From: a virus
Lineage: Duplodnaviria; Caudoviricetes
Reading direction: 5' to 3' (one strand)
IMG/VR virus record: IMGVR_UViG_3300032218_003168
Span: 1 to 53,754 of that record
Length of the DNA stretch: 53,754 nucleotides
Each line of letters begins with the position of its first letter. The stretch's first letter is position 1. This document shows, piece by piece, positions 1-9,498 of the stretch. The notes beneath the pieces are model-generated. The model was not told where the DNA came from. It did not search any database and worked only from the letters and a program-made list of their open reading frames with translations. The translations under genes and the position numbers were made by a program.

Positions 1-92
1 ACAGTCGTACCAAGTCTTGGAACAACTGTTGTAAGATCAACTTCTGATACGTTGATACCTGGGCTGATTAGAGTATTAGTAATCGCTACCAT
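1..92 (-). CDS. gp18: Tail sheath protein gp18, N-terminus (runs off the window)
   Basis: Manual translation gives MVAITNTLISPGINVSEVDLTTVVPRLGTT, matching the SPG(V/I)xxxExDLT N-terminus of sheath proteins. It has a GGAAGGAGA Shine-Dalgarno and lies directly downstream of gp17, as in T4. Not in the ORF track. Confidence 0.9.
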   Translation of the reverse strand, partial: MVAITNTLISPGINVSEVDLTTVVPRLGTT

Positions 93-136
93 TTATTATC
101 TCCTTCCATGGAAAAGGTATTTGAAATTTCTGTAAT

Positions 137-144
137 TATTTATA
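137..144 (-). promoter_or_regulatory. T4-type late promoter TATAAATA for gp18
   Basis: Exact TATAAATA on the minus strand, overlapping the gp17 stop and about 45 nt upstream of the gp18 ATG. Confidence 0.8.
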
Positions 145-1789
145 AATTATCATTTTCTAATTCAAACATCCAACTTCCACCAGAAGCACCAGAAAGTTCT
201 AAAGCTTCATATGGATCATCCATGCCGTTATCAACAAAGCCGAATGGAGAAAGATCTTGCATAATTTCATCGTCAGTTTTATCTCTTAATCTCATGAGCG
301 TATTTATGTCTGTATAATCCTTAAAATATTGTTGTTCTGAGAGCCAACCGAATAAAACAAGACCCATAACTAAGTCGTCATGTGCTCCTTCTTCGGCTTC
401 ATAACTTTTACCTTTACGAGAAAAACGAGATAGTTCTTCAATAGTGTGAAAATCGTTTATTATAAGTTGGTTTTGTTCGATCAAAAGTTTAAGTAGAGAG
501 CAACCGTTTGCTTTTACAGGAGTTGTGGTTCTTACGCCCATATCAAACCCTGTACCGAAACCACCGCTAACTTTTTTGCCGTTTCTACCATTATTTTCTG
601 TAAACAAAATATTATCATATTCAAAATCATAATGAAGAGAGTGACTAACCTGAGCACCCATATTATTAACTTCAACTAGAACTGGAGCTTTATTATAAGC
701 TAGAGCTATACGATGAACAACTTCAGCATAGTCTAATGGAGTTATTAAATTATTACGATAAACGCAAACTTGCTGATAAGGCATTTTTGTAACATCAACA
801 ACATGAAATGCTGAATAGTCTAAAGCTCTACCTTCTGAAACGTCAACAACAATAGCATATCTATGGTCTTTGATTGGACTTGAGTAAACAGATAAACCAT
901 CTTTGGTGTTTAGTGGTGTTTGGTGAACAAGCTCTTTAAGTTTCCAGCCAGCAATAAGAGTACCAGAGCTACCCATAAACTCAACACAGTATTCCTGCTG
1001 GAATTTTTCTGTATCAAAGTTCATAGAAGATAGAGTGTCTGCTTTCCATTTTTCATCACGTCCAGGAACAGCATCCCACATAACTTTAATTGGATGATAA
1101 TTGTTTCTTTTTTCTCTAGCATTCTGCCAAATAGCATAAAAGTGATTCAACCCATTTGGGGTCGAAACTAGAATAATTTTAGATTCATCGCCTGACGAAA
1201 TGGTAGGATAAACTGAGGTAAAAAATGTGTCCCAGTTTTCAATAAACGCTGCTTCGTCGATAAACAGTAGGTTGATAGAGTAACCACGGATAGCAGAAGC
1301 AGATGTCGCTGTGGCGATTACACGAGAGTTGTTTTCAAGTTCAAACGAACCCTTGTTCCATTCTTTTACACCGTGCTGCAACCAGCGAGGTAAATGCTCA
1401 TAAGCAAGTTGAACACGACCAAGAATTTCACGAGCTGTTTCGCCTTTGTTAGCTAATAAAGCAACAGTTTTGTCTTTATGAAATATAATGTACCATAAAA
1501 TAAATCCGCAAGTGACAGTAGATTTACCAGCCTGACGTGCAGTTGCAATAACGTTAAAACGGTTCTCTTTCATAGCTGTAATCATCTCTTTCTGATAATC
1601 ATACAGCTTGAAACTTACAAGACCTTTATTGATATTAATAATTTTCATATGAGATTCGATAAAATATATCGGATCTTCAGAACATTTTATATACTCAGTT
1701 ACGAGTTCAGGAGTCCATTCTATCGATTGATTTGAACGTTTTAAATTTTGATTACCATTGTAACCTTTTAACTTACTTAGATCCACCAT
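140..1789 (-). CDS. gp17: Terminase large subunit
   Basis: LYDYQ adenine-binding motif, Walker A ARQAGKST, Walker B LLFIDEAAF, STPNG coupling motif, and nuclease acidic motifs VVDVSEG, DYSA and HDDLVM. N-terminus Y.GN.NLKR is T4-like. Confidence 0.97.
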   Translation of the reverse strand: MVDLSKLKGYNGNQNLKRSNQSIEWTPELVTEYIKCSEDPIYFIESHMKIININKGLVSFKLYDYQKEMITAMKENRFNVIATARQAGKSTVTCGFILWYIIFHKDKTVALLANKGETAREILGRVQLAYEHLPRWLQHGVKEWNKGSFELENNSRVIATATSASAIRGYSINLLFIDEAAFIENWDTFFTSVYPTISSGDESKIILVSTPNGLNHFYAIWQNAREKRNNYHPIKVMWDAVPGRDEKWKADTLSSMNFDTEKFQQEYCVEFMGSSGTLIAGWKLKELVHQTPLNTKDGLSVYSSPIKDHRYAIVVDVSEGRALDYSAFHVVDVTKMPYQQVCVYRNNLITPLDYAEVVHRIALAYNKAPVLVEVNNMGAQVSHSLHYDFEYDNILFTENNGRNGKKVSGGFGTGFDMGVRTTTPVKANGCSLLKLLIEQNQLIINDFHTIEELSRFSRKGKSYEAEEGAHDDLVMGLVLFGWLSEQQYFKDYTDINTLMRLRDKTDDEIMQDLSPFGFVDNGMDDPYEALELSGASGGSWMFELENDNL

Positions 1790-2195
1790 TCTTCATGTCC
1801 TCAATGACTTTCTGAAGGTCTGCGGTAGAGCCGACAAATAGGTTGTTTGTTACTTGTTGTGCTTGTTCATTCGTTGGCGAATCAGCAGCGCTGATTTCAC
1901 GGATTCTTTTTTGAATATCTAACAGGTCTTTATTAGCATCAAGCATCGTTTTCATAAGAGTGCCGAGAACTTCGAAAGCTCTAGGATGTTGACTTGAATC
2001 TGCAATCTGAGATAATTTTTCGATAGCGTAACTACCATTTTGAATTATCTCATGTATATTTGCACGTGCCATTTCGAAATCGTTTTTAGCACTATCATCA
2101 TGCGCTTTAATTTCCAATGCTTTTACTGGATTGTCTTTAGTCATTGGTGTTAAATTTAAAGCTGAACTCAAAGGATCATTATTAGATTGGGTCAT
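1773..2195 (-). CDS. gp16: Terminase small subunit
   Basis: HPRAFEV and NNLFVGSTADL motifs typical of T4-like gp16; adjacent to gp17. Confidence 0.93.
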   Translation of the reverse strand: MTQSNNDPLSSALNLTPMTKDNPVKALEIKAHDDSAKNDFEMARANIHEIIQNGSYAIEKLSQIADSSQHPRAFEVLGTLMKTMLDANKDLLDIQKRIREISAADSPTNEQAQQVTNNLFVGSTADLQKVIEDMKNGGSK

Positions 2196-3028
2196 TGATT
2201 CACTTCTGTAATTGTATTAATAAAACCATAATCGTCAGTTGCCAATATACTAGAAACTGGTATAGAAGCAGCAGCGTTAGAAGTAGGCAAACCGTTAGCT
2301 GTTAAACCTGGTTGTGATTGTATCCAAGCAACAGCGGCTGTGTTACCAACAGCAGTACTGAGCATACCATCTTCAACTGATGGTGTATAAAAAACTGTAT
2401 TTGCATATTTAATAACTGGATTTGTTTTAACTGGCCCATATATGTAACCTTTAACAGTAAAAGTCAAAGTCCAGATAAGAGACTGTCGTTGCGTAAACGC
2501 TCCATCATAAGTATCCTGCGGAGATATTGATGTCATAATAACTGGTACTTCCATCGTTACACCCATTTCAGGAATAAGGTGTAAACTTACTGTAAAATCT
2601 GGAGTAAAATATGGAAGGATCTGTTCTACAATTTTTGTTCCGTCTTCAGCATTTTTTACCATAATATAAAGATTAAAATCTATATTATACGGAACAGGAT
2701 TATATTGATATTTCAAACTACCAGCAGATGTGTTACCATGAGCAATTTTTCCAACAGTATGTAATTTTCTAGCTGGATCATAACGCATAGATGTCATTTC
2801 GAATGACATAACTGGCATAGTAACTGTTGCAGACGGACGGTCTATATTAGAGTCTTGTTCTATACGTGCAAGCATTTTTTCTTTTGGGGCATATGTAATC
2901 GGAACTTTGATAAGCGCCGTCATATTATTATTACTGTCTGTTCTGATTATAGAAATATCATCAAATAGAGTTCCTATTAGAGTAACATATTTACGAATAG
3001 TTTGAAAATAAAACGTTTGACCGAACAT
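2192..3028 (-). CDS. gp15: Tail sheath stabilizer/terminator
   Basis: FYFQTIRKYVTLIGTLF, VPITYAPKEK, PVPYNIDF, QILPYFTP and YIYGP motifs; synteny. Confidence 0.93.
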   Translation of the reverse strand: MFGQTFYFQTIRKYVTLIGTLFDDISIIRTDSNNNMTALIKVPITYAPKEKMLARIEQDSNIDRPSATVTMPVMSFEMTSMRYDPARKLHTVGKIAHGNTSAGSLKYQYNPVPYNIDFNLYIMVKNAEDGTKIVEQILPYFTPDFTVSLHLIPEMGVTMEVPVIMTSISPQDTYDGAFTQRQSLIWTLTFTVKGYIYGPVKTNPVIKYANTVFYTPSVEDGMLSTAVGNTAAVAWIQSQPGLTANGLPTSNAAASIPVSSILATDDYGFINTITEVNQ

Positions 3029-3750
3029 TAAATAGCTCCTTCACTGAATGGGTCTGTATGAGAGAAATCGATGAACCCTGCAGCTTCAGCAGCAAAATCT
3101 TGATTTGTTCCAGTTCCTGTAATAGAATCTAAATCGTATGATTCCATTACCAAATAATTTCCATTTTCATCAGTAATCCAATTACTTTGTTCATCTTCAA
3201 TAGCATAATCTAAAATATTGGTACTACGATTTACTTGAATACTATCGATAGCATCGATGCCTGTATTGAATACTTCATTACTATATTCAAACAATTCACA
3301 AGTTACTTCCCATGTTTGTAATGCACCAAGCTGGAAAAACATTTCAAACTTGTTAACAAATTTAATTTGGAAACATTTATTGTTTAATGGAAAGTAAATA
3401 AGGTCGCCTTCGTTTGGACGTGTAAGCGTAGTATAAGCACCGATCTCTCTACTAAAAGTTCGTTGCGCAACAGAAAATACAACTTGATCACGGATTTCAA
3501 GACCAAATTTAGACATAAAGTTACCGTCGCCACCAAATCCATCAACTGATTTAATATAGAACTCGCATAGGTATGGTTTTGTATATGATGATTGATCGTC
3601 AGATGTATAAAGTTTATCTAAATGATTAATATCACGGGTAATATAATACATGTCTAAACCATGTATTTGAATAGATTCAACAACAAGGCTCTCTAACAAA
3701 TCTTGTTCGCCAGAGTTTCTAAAATTGTTGAAGTAAAAATTGGTTGCCAT
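3028..3750 (-). CDS. gp14: Neck protein
   Basis: EQDLLESLVVESIQIHG, SKFGLEIRD, RPNEGDLIYFP, CELFEYS and C-terminal DF...PF motifs. Confidence 0.93.
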   Translation of the reverse strand: MATNFYFNNFRNSGEQDLLESLVVESIQIHGLDMYYITRDINHLDKLYTSDDQSSYTKPYLCEFYIKSVDGFGGDGNFMSKFGLEIRDQVVFSVAQRTFSREIGAYTTLTRPNEGDLIYFPLNNKCFQIKFVNKFEMFFQLGALQTWEVTCELFEYSNEVFNTGIDAIDSIQVNRSTNILDYAIEDEQSNWITDENGNYLVMESYDLDSITGTGTNQDFAAEAAGFIDFSHTDPFSEGAI

Positions 3751-3752
3751 AA

Positions 3753-4490
3753 TTACCCGATCATATCTGTAGCTGGGAGGCTACTATCAGCAATCATTTT
3801 TTCGATTTCTTTAATTTCCTGTTCGGCTTCATTGTATATCTGCTGACCATTAAATGTAATACCGCCTGGTAGTTGCATACCACTAAACTTCTTTAGATTA
3901 TTACCCCACTGACGTTTGATCAAAGCGATAGCATGGTTTTGTAACAAACGCTCACCGAAAGCTTTTGTATATACATCTGGATCAACTACTTGATATGCTT
4001 CGGCAATGATATAATCTCCAACATGAACAAGATTCCAATCCATATCAATATATAATTTACCGATCATACGATTATAACGCAATGGCTGCTGGCCAACTAA
4101 CATAGTTTCGAGAAACTGAACATGTTGAAGTGCCATATAATATGGAACCATTGATACTGATGTGAGTGTGTAAAGATCATTTAATGCGATCTGATAACGG
4201 ATATTAAACAAATTATTTGTGTTAAGCGATTGTCCAATAGGATATAAATTAACTACGCCAATAATATTATCTGGAACAGGAATAAATTTATTTTGAATAT
4301 CATTAGCAGTAACCTGATATTTGTAATAAGTTTTTTCAGCACCGTCGAAATGATAGTCCCAGAAATAACGTAGAGCTTCGTCTACACGATCATCTACTTG
4401 ATCGTCATCTACGTTTATTTCAATAACAGGAGCGCCGAGGCTACGTAGGCAATAATTTTTAAACTCTTGTCTTGATCTTGGTACTGCCAT
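3753..4490 (-). CDS. gp13: Neck protein
   Basis: YCLRSLGAPVIEINVDDDQ and KRQWGNNLKKFSGMQLPGG motifs. Confidence 0.94.
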   Translation of the reverse strand: MAVPRSRQEFKNYCLRSLGAPVIEINVDDDQVDDRVDEALRYFWDYHFDGAEKTYYKYQVTANDIQNKFIPVPDNIIGVVNLYPIGQSLNTNNLFNIRYQIALNDLYTLTSVSMVPYYMALQHVQFLETMLVGQQPLRYNRMIGKLYIDMDWNLVHVGDYIIAEAYQVVDPDVYTKAFGERLLQNHAIALIKRQWGNNLKKFSGMQLPGGITFNGQQIYNEAEQEIKEIEKMIADSSLPATDMIG

Positions 4491-4522
4491 TTTAAAATCC
4501 TATATATACAGTGTATTTCATT

Positions 4523-4530
4523 TATTTATA
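4523..4530 (-). promoter_or_regulatory. T4-type late promoter TATAAATA for the gp13-gp17 operon
   Basis: Exact TATAAATA on the minus strand, about 30 nt upstream of the gp13 ATG. Confidence 0.8.
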
Positions 4531-4543
4531 ATGGAGAGATATC

Positions 4544-5515
4544 GTGAAAAAAATATTGTTAAGTTTGTTTTTTTCTTTAATTTCTATTTCTGTACTAGCA
4601 GAAGATTTAAAAATAATTGTACCCTCAAATGATGACAGTTATAATATAAATGCTAGAGTATTATCGAAGTATTACGGGAAATATCTACCAGAAAATCCAA
4701 ACATCATTATACAAGCGATTCCTGGAGCTGCTAGTTTAACAGCGGCTAACTACCTTTATAACGTAGCCCCAAAAGATGGTAATACGATAGGGATCGTTTA
4801 TAAAGAAATTCCATTCGTTGGTCTACTTGGTGGCGAAGGAGTTCAATTTGATCAAACAAAATTTAATTGGATCGGTTCGATTATAGATGGTCGTAAAGAC
4901 GCTGTAATGGTTTGGTCTAACGAGACAACTTTTAGATCTAATTTTATCGTTGGAGCTGAAGGGGCTACATCTGGAAATCTAGCTAAATTCATAAATCAGA
5001 TAATGCATGCCGATTTTAAAATTGTTAATGGTTATCCAACAACTGGTGCTAATAGATTAGCTCTTATTAGAAAAGAAGTAGATGCTGTAATATATAATTT
5101 AATTGGGGTAAAAGTAGGAACTCCAGATTGGGTTAAACCAGACAGTAGTATCAGACCTGTATTACAGTTTGGGAATGGTAAACTCAGACACCCCGATTAT
5201 CCTAACGTAAATACTGTAGCAGATTATATTACAGATGAGAATGATATGGAGTTACTTAAAGTTTTTGAATCACAATTTGTGCTTTTAAGACCATTTTTAG
5301 CCCCTCCTGGAGTCCCTGAAAAACGAGTAAAAGAACTTCGTGAAGCATTTGAAATGACTATGAAAGACCCAGAATATCTAGCAGAAACCAAAAAGATTAA
5401 TTTAGAAGTTTCTCCAATTGATGGAAATACAGCTCAATCAATTATATCCTTTACTTCTAAATCAGACCAAAGTATAATAACAATGTTAAGACAAATATAT
5501 CAGGTGAAACAATGA
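4544..5515 (+). CDS. Tripartite tricarboxylate transporter (TctC/Bug) family periplasmic binding protein
   Basis: Sec-type signal peptide (MKKILLSLFFSLISISVLA), PGAASLTAANYLYNVAPKDGNTI, KFNWIGS, RHPDYPNV, RPFLAPPGVP..RV..LR.AF...MKDPE. GTG start with a GGAGAG SD. Confidence 0.85.
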   Translation: MKKILLSLFFSLISISVLAEDLKIIVPSNDDSYNINARVLSKYYGKYLPENPNIIIQAIPGAASLTAANYLYNVAPKDGNTIGIVYKEIPFVGLLGGEGVQFDQTKFNWIGSIIDGRKDAVMVWSNETTFRSNFIVGAEGATSGNLAKFINQIMHADFKIVNGYPTTGANRLALIRKEVDAVIYNLIGVKVGTPDWVKPDSSIRPVLQFGNGKLRHPDYPNVNTVADYITDENDMELLKVFESQFVLLRPFLAPPGVPEKRVKELREAFEMTMKDPEYLAETKKINLEVSPIDGNTAQSIISFTSKSDQSIITMLRQIYQVKQ

Positions 5516-6195
5516 TTGAACATAAATTATTCCCAACTCTTATTACTGAATTTCATTATCCGGATAAAGATAATTTTAAACAAATTTTTATTGATAATAT
5601 TTTTAAATTTACAACACCTGAAGGATATTCAGAAGAAAAAACAGGACATGTAACATTACATCATAACAAAAATTTTGAACAGTTATTTAAATTTTCAACA
5701 GAATCAGTAAAACAATACGTAAATCGTTTACATATAGATATTGATAAATTTGATTTTAATGTAGTAAAAACATGGATGAATATTAAAAAAACAGCGAAAA
5801 CTCAACGTCATGCTCACCCCGATGCTCATATATCTTTTACGTATTATATTAATATGCCAGAAAATTGTTTATTGCCAATAAGGTTTTACCACCCAGAACC
5901 AGTGGAACCTTATCCTGGTTCTATTGAAAATAATAATACGAAAAAAATATGGGACGAAATTAATTCTTCAACTTGGTCTTTTACACCAAAAGAAGGACAA
6001 CTATTCGTATTTCCATCTATGTTGCAACATGATACTATCGGCGAAAATTTATTTAAAAAAGAACCAGGAATAAACAAAGAAAATATACTACAGTATAGGC
6101 TTTGTTTAGCTGGAGATATATTACTTACATATAAAGATAAAACACCAAGCCCTATAGGTATTCAACCAGTTAAAAATTGGAGAAAATTTTCATGA
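5512..6195 (+). CDS. Putative 2OG-Fe(II) oxygenase (TIGR02466-like phage family)
   Basis: LFPT N-terminus, W.N...H.H (WMNI..HAHP), SFTYY, and P.EG...VFPS.L.H motifs. Confidence 0.8.
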   Translation: MIEHKLFPTLITEFHYPDKDNFKQIFIDNIFKFTTPEGYSEEKTGHVTLHHNKNFEQLFKFSTESVKQYVNRLHIDIDKFDFNVVKTWMNIKKTAKTQRHAHPDAHISFTYYINMPENCLLPIRFYHPEPVEPYPGSIENNNTKKIWDEINSSTWSFTPKEGQLFVFPSMLQHDTIGENLFKKEPGINKENILQYRLCLAGDILLTYKDKTPSPIGIQPVKNWRKFS

Positions 6196-6791
6196 TTTAT
6201 AATAATCCTGTCGAAAGAGCACGCATTAATCAACCATGGGTTTGGCAAGATGATATTTTTACAGAAGAAGAAATTGATTCTATTATAAAGTATTGTGATT
6301 ATGAGGGTGTAGAAATTGGAACTATTTTTGGGTCTGAAGAAAAAGAAACCGTAGAAAAATTTAGAAAATCAGGTATAAAATTTCATAAAAGAGATCAAAA
6401 TACCGCTTGGATATTCGATCGGATTAACACTGCTATTGAAGCGAATAATGAAAGATACTATCGTTTTAATTTAAATGGCTATGAATATTTTCAATATACA
6501 ACGTACGATAAAGAAGGAAGATATGATTGGCACATGGACATGGCTATGGGTTTAGATCCTGGTAATTGCCAGGAACCAAGAAAATTGAGTATGACTATTT
6601 GTTTAAATGATGATTATACTGGTGGAGAATTTCAAATTAATTTGGGTAAAGAAAAAGATGCAATTACAATCCAATCTAAAAAAGGAAGAGCATTTTTCTT
6701 CCCTTCTTTCGTTCTCCACAGAGTAACACCTGTTAAAAAGGGCGTTCGCAAATCTTTGGTTGTTTGGGTCACTGGTCCAAAATTTGTATAG
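6192..6791 (+). CDS. 2OG-Fe(II) oxygenase, PKHD/prolyl-4-hydroxylase-like
   Basis: HxD (WHMD), RKLS, YTGGEF, FPSFVLHRVTPVKKGVRKSLVVW. The ATG at 6192 (ATGA overlap with the upstream stop, GGAG SD) is preferred over the track start at 6177. Confidence 0.9.
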   Translation: MIYNNPVERARINQPWVWQDDIFTEEEIDSIIKYCDYEGVEIGTIFGSEEKETVEKFRKSGIKFHKRDQNTAWIFDRINTAIEANNERYYRFNLNGYEYFQYTTYDKEGRYDWHMDMAMGLDPGNCQEPRKLSMTICLNDDYTGGEFQINLGKEKDAITIQSKKGRAFFFPSFVLHRVTPVKKGVRKSLVVWVTGPKFV

Positions 6792-8021
6792 TCACCAGCT
6801 GGGTTCGAATTCACCGATATAATATTTTTTAGTTTTTATAGATCCTTTTAACATTTCATTACCAAAATTACCAAATTTTTTTATTCTATAAGAATATGCT
6901 TCGGTATATGCACCAGTGATGATATTTTCCATTCCATGATATTTAGAAAGTAGTTTTAATTCAGGACTTATTTTTTTTGGTTTGCCAACAACATAATTAA
7001 GTCCTCTTAAATCTGGGTAAATTTTATGCATAAGAAACTGATCGAAATCGTGCCAATGATTGTGCCCGAATTTTCGCTCTAATTCATGTTTAATAGCATT
7101 ATTTTTTATATTAAGATATACAGCGTAAAATTTTTTATCTGTTTCTAGAGCTTTTTTTGCAACATGAGCTTGTTTAATAGGTATCAAAGGAAAATCTGGA
7201 GTCCAGAAAAAATATTCAAATTTACAAACTTTATCAATTATTTTGTTATTCATCAATTTATCATAAGTGTATCCTACATCTGAAAAACTTGCAAAAAAAG
7301 ATTTTCCGTCTATGCTTAATACTGGTTTATCTACTCCGGATACAAAAGCTATACTATCTTGGGACATCTTATTAAGATTATATCCAGCAAAAAGCTTCAT
7401 TGTTTGAGGAATAGGAACTAACAATCCCCTAAAACTTCCACCATTTGTTTTAAGCATACCGAGAATTTCAAAATTTCTAGTTTTAACATCGTTAAATAAA
7501 AAATCAGAACTATCAGATACTGTTATTTTAGTTAGAGGGCTTTTCTCTTTTATTAACTTTAACATAGGAACTACATTTAACTCGTATTCTAAAAAAAATT
7601 TAAGATGTTCGTCTACTAATAATTCAGACCTATCTATTCCATCTAAAAGCTTTTCCCATGTAGAAGTAAATACTTCATCAATAAAAATATCGTTATCTAA
7701 AAATGTTTGCAAAATCTGATGTGAATCAGAACCGCCTGAATACCCAACTATTAGGTATTTGTATTTGTCTCTTAACTGAATAGCTCTTTGCTTATACAAT
7801 TCCTGTAGTGATTCACTTGGTTCTTTTGTCCAATCATATTTTGAAAAATGATTATCGTGAAATATAAATTTAACATTACTTTTATCATTAAATATATTTG
7901 TTTTTTTATATTCGTTTAAAATTTCATCAGCTATAGAATGGCGGTCCGTATGGATATTACCATTGTATAGATAATATCCATTGTCTAAAATTGGTTCGTC
8001 TGTTGGTGATATGATTTTCAC
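6792..8021 (-). CDS. PP-loop (adenine nucleotide alpha hydrolase-like) ATP-dependent enzyme, paralog A
   Basis: LIVGYSGGSDS PP-loop after a beta-strand. Shares DWT.EP...L..LYK.RA...RD and I.IDE blocks with 10654..11694. Confidence 0.7.
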   Translation of the reverse strand: MKIISPTDEPILDNGYYLYNGNIHTDRHSIADEILNEYKKTNIFNDKSNVKFIFHDNHFSKYDWTKEPSESLQELYKQRAIQLRDKYKYLIVGYSGGSDSHQILQTFLDNDIFIDEVFTSTWEKLLDGIDRSELLVDEHLKFFLEYELNVVPMLKLIKEKSPLTKITVSDSSDFLFNDVKTRNFEILGMLKTNGGSFRGLLVPIPQTMKLFAGYNLNKMSQDSIAFVSGVDKPVLSIDGKSFFASFSDVGYTYDKLMNNKIIDKVCKFEYFFWTPDFPLIPIKQAHVAKKALETDKKFYAVYLNIKNNAIKHELERKFGHNHWHDFDQFLMHKIYPDLRGLNYVVGKPKKISPELKLLSKYHGMENIITGAYTEAYSYRIKKFGNFGNEMLKGSIKTKKYYIGEFEPSW

Positions 8022-8902
8022 TTATACTTCTCGATCATTTTTAATTCTTTTTCAATTTTTTGACGCATCATATTATCATCGTAACATGTACGTTTGTATT
8101 TGTATTTTTCAACGGCTTCATTAATTTCTGGGTCATTACATAGCTGATCAAAGTATGGTTTGATTTCTAAACCGAACTGTTTAAACTCTTTAGGAACAGC
8201 GAAAGAGCTATTGTTCTCGTAAAAGAAATCTTCTACGCCAGACTCTTTTCCTGAGTTAGCACCAGTGCTAGAATTTAATACTTCTTTCAGACTACCAATA
8301 CCAGGAAAAATGTAGATAGAAAAATCAATCTCTTTATTCATAAGAGCTAAATTTATTTCAGCAAAATCTTTATACTTAAGCTTCGTTGCATTTGTAATGT
8401 TATAATGACGGAGGAGTATATTTGTTAAATACCCAGAAGACCCAGCTTCCATCGTTATACCATAAAATGATTTGTCTTTCTTTTTTAAAGACTCAAAATA
8501 TTCATTGGCATTTTTCGATTTATCATCTGGGTTAGTTACAACCGATTGATAAGTTGTAGTAAATGATTTGATAAAATAAAAATCATTGTCTCTATCAAAA
8601 GTAGGACCTACTTCATATCTATTAATAGTATATGATGCGATTGGGCCAAATGTTAAAACTTTTGACCCACTTCTAGCAATGGCCAAAGCTCTTTGGTCGG
8701 CATTTTCGCCATTGTTACCAAGTACAGAACGAAGAGTGAAATTATACTTATCTTGTATAGAATTTAATCGTTTAACTAATACAGAACCAGTAACCATACT
8801 AGGAGAAGATGGTGCATTTCTAGTAATAATTGCAATTTCTTCTTTTGCAAACAAAGGTTGAGAAATCAATAGCATTAATGCTATAAAACATAATCTAATC
8901 AT
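8018..8902 (-). CDS. Divergent TctC/Bug-like secreted binding protein
   Basis: Signal peptide MIRLCFIALMLLISQPLFA, about 290 aa. The G..G..A segment, Y......AL...EIDF and FAVPK motifs match the Bug-family layout but are degenerate. Confidence 0.5.
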   Translation of the reverse strand: MIRLCFIALMLLISQPLFAKEEIAIITRNAPSSPSMVTGSVLVKRLNSIQDKYNFTLRSVLGNNGENADQRALAIARSGSKVLTFGPIASYTINRYEVGPTFDRDNDFYFIKSFTTTYQSVVTNPDDKSKNANEYFESLKKKDKSFYGITMEAGSSGYLTNILLRHYNITNATKLKYKDFAEINLALMNKEIDFSIYIFPGIGSLKEVLNSSTGANSGKESGVEDFFYENNSSFAVPKEFKQFGLEIKPYFDQLCNDPEINEAVEKYKYKRTCYDDNMMRQKIEKELKMIEKYK

Positions 8903-8916
8903 AATATACTCCTTTA

Positions 8917-9480
8917 TTAGATTTTACTAGCTAGTATAGTAAAATTTATTGTATTTTCATTTTTAAAAATTGTTTTTAAATCGTCGTCTATTTTACCTTC
9001 CAATACTGCAATTTTATCATCTGAATTATGTATTTTATAATCTATAATATTTAAATTTGCATTTTGCAAAGCAGTAGTATATTTTAAAATTGATGAATCT
9101 GTATTAGATGTAATAATATTATTAATTAATACTAATTTGTTACTTGTATTGGCAATATCTTGTACTACATCATTCATAAATTCTCGTTCTACCCACTGAA
9201 GTACGTTATGACAAATTACAAGATCAAAAGTTGTGTTTGGGTGTGACGAATATTCAGGAACGAATGGATCATATTTCGCTAGTTCAACATTTGTTATATT
9301 AAACAAATTAAAACTATTTTGAACACTATTGGAATAACCGCAACCGTAATCTAAAATACTTGAAATATTATAATTATCAACCAAATCTTTTATACGAATT
9401 CTACCATTAGAACCTATAAAAACATAAAAATTTGATGTTTTATTTGATCGATTATAATTATTTGACCATAATTGCGTCAT
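8917..9480 (-). CDS. Class I SAM-dependent methyltransferase
   Basis: Motif I SILDYGCG, YDP, FDLVIC..VL..V; GGAGG SD. Confidence 0.8.
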   Translation of the reverse strand: MTQLWSNNYNRSNKTSNFYVFIGSNGRIRIKDLVDNYNISSILDYGCGYSNSVQNSFNLFNITNVELAKYDPFVPEYSSHPNTTFDLVICHNVLQWVEREFMNDVVQDIANTSNKLVLINNIITSNTDSSILKYTTALQNANLNIIDYKIHNSDDKIAVLEGKIDDDLKTIFKNENTINFTILASKI

Positions 9481-9498
9481 TGTTACCTCCTGATGATG

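Noticed and set aside
140-1789. Intein or intron in the terminase
   Set aside because: The 549-aa ORF is continuous, of normal length, and shows no splicing motifs.
4527-4532. TATAAT as a sigma70 -10 box for the TctC-like gene
   Set aside because: There is no -35 element at the right spacing, it sits directly against the SD, and it is explained by overlap with the opposite-strand late promoter.
6796-6816. GGGTTCGAAT resembling a tRNA T-loop
   Set aside because: The flanks do not form a T-stem and no cloverleaf is present; it is the antisense of the last codons (EFEPSW) of the 409-aa gene.
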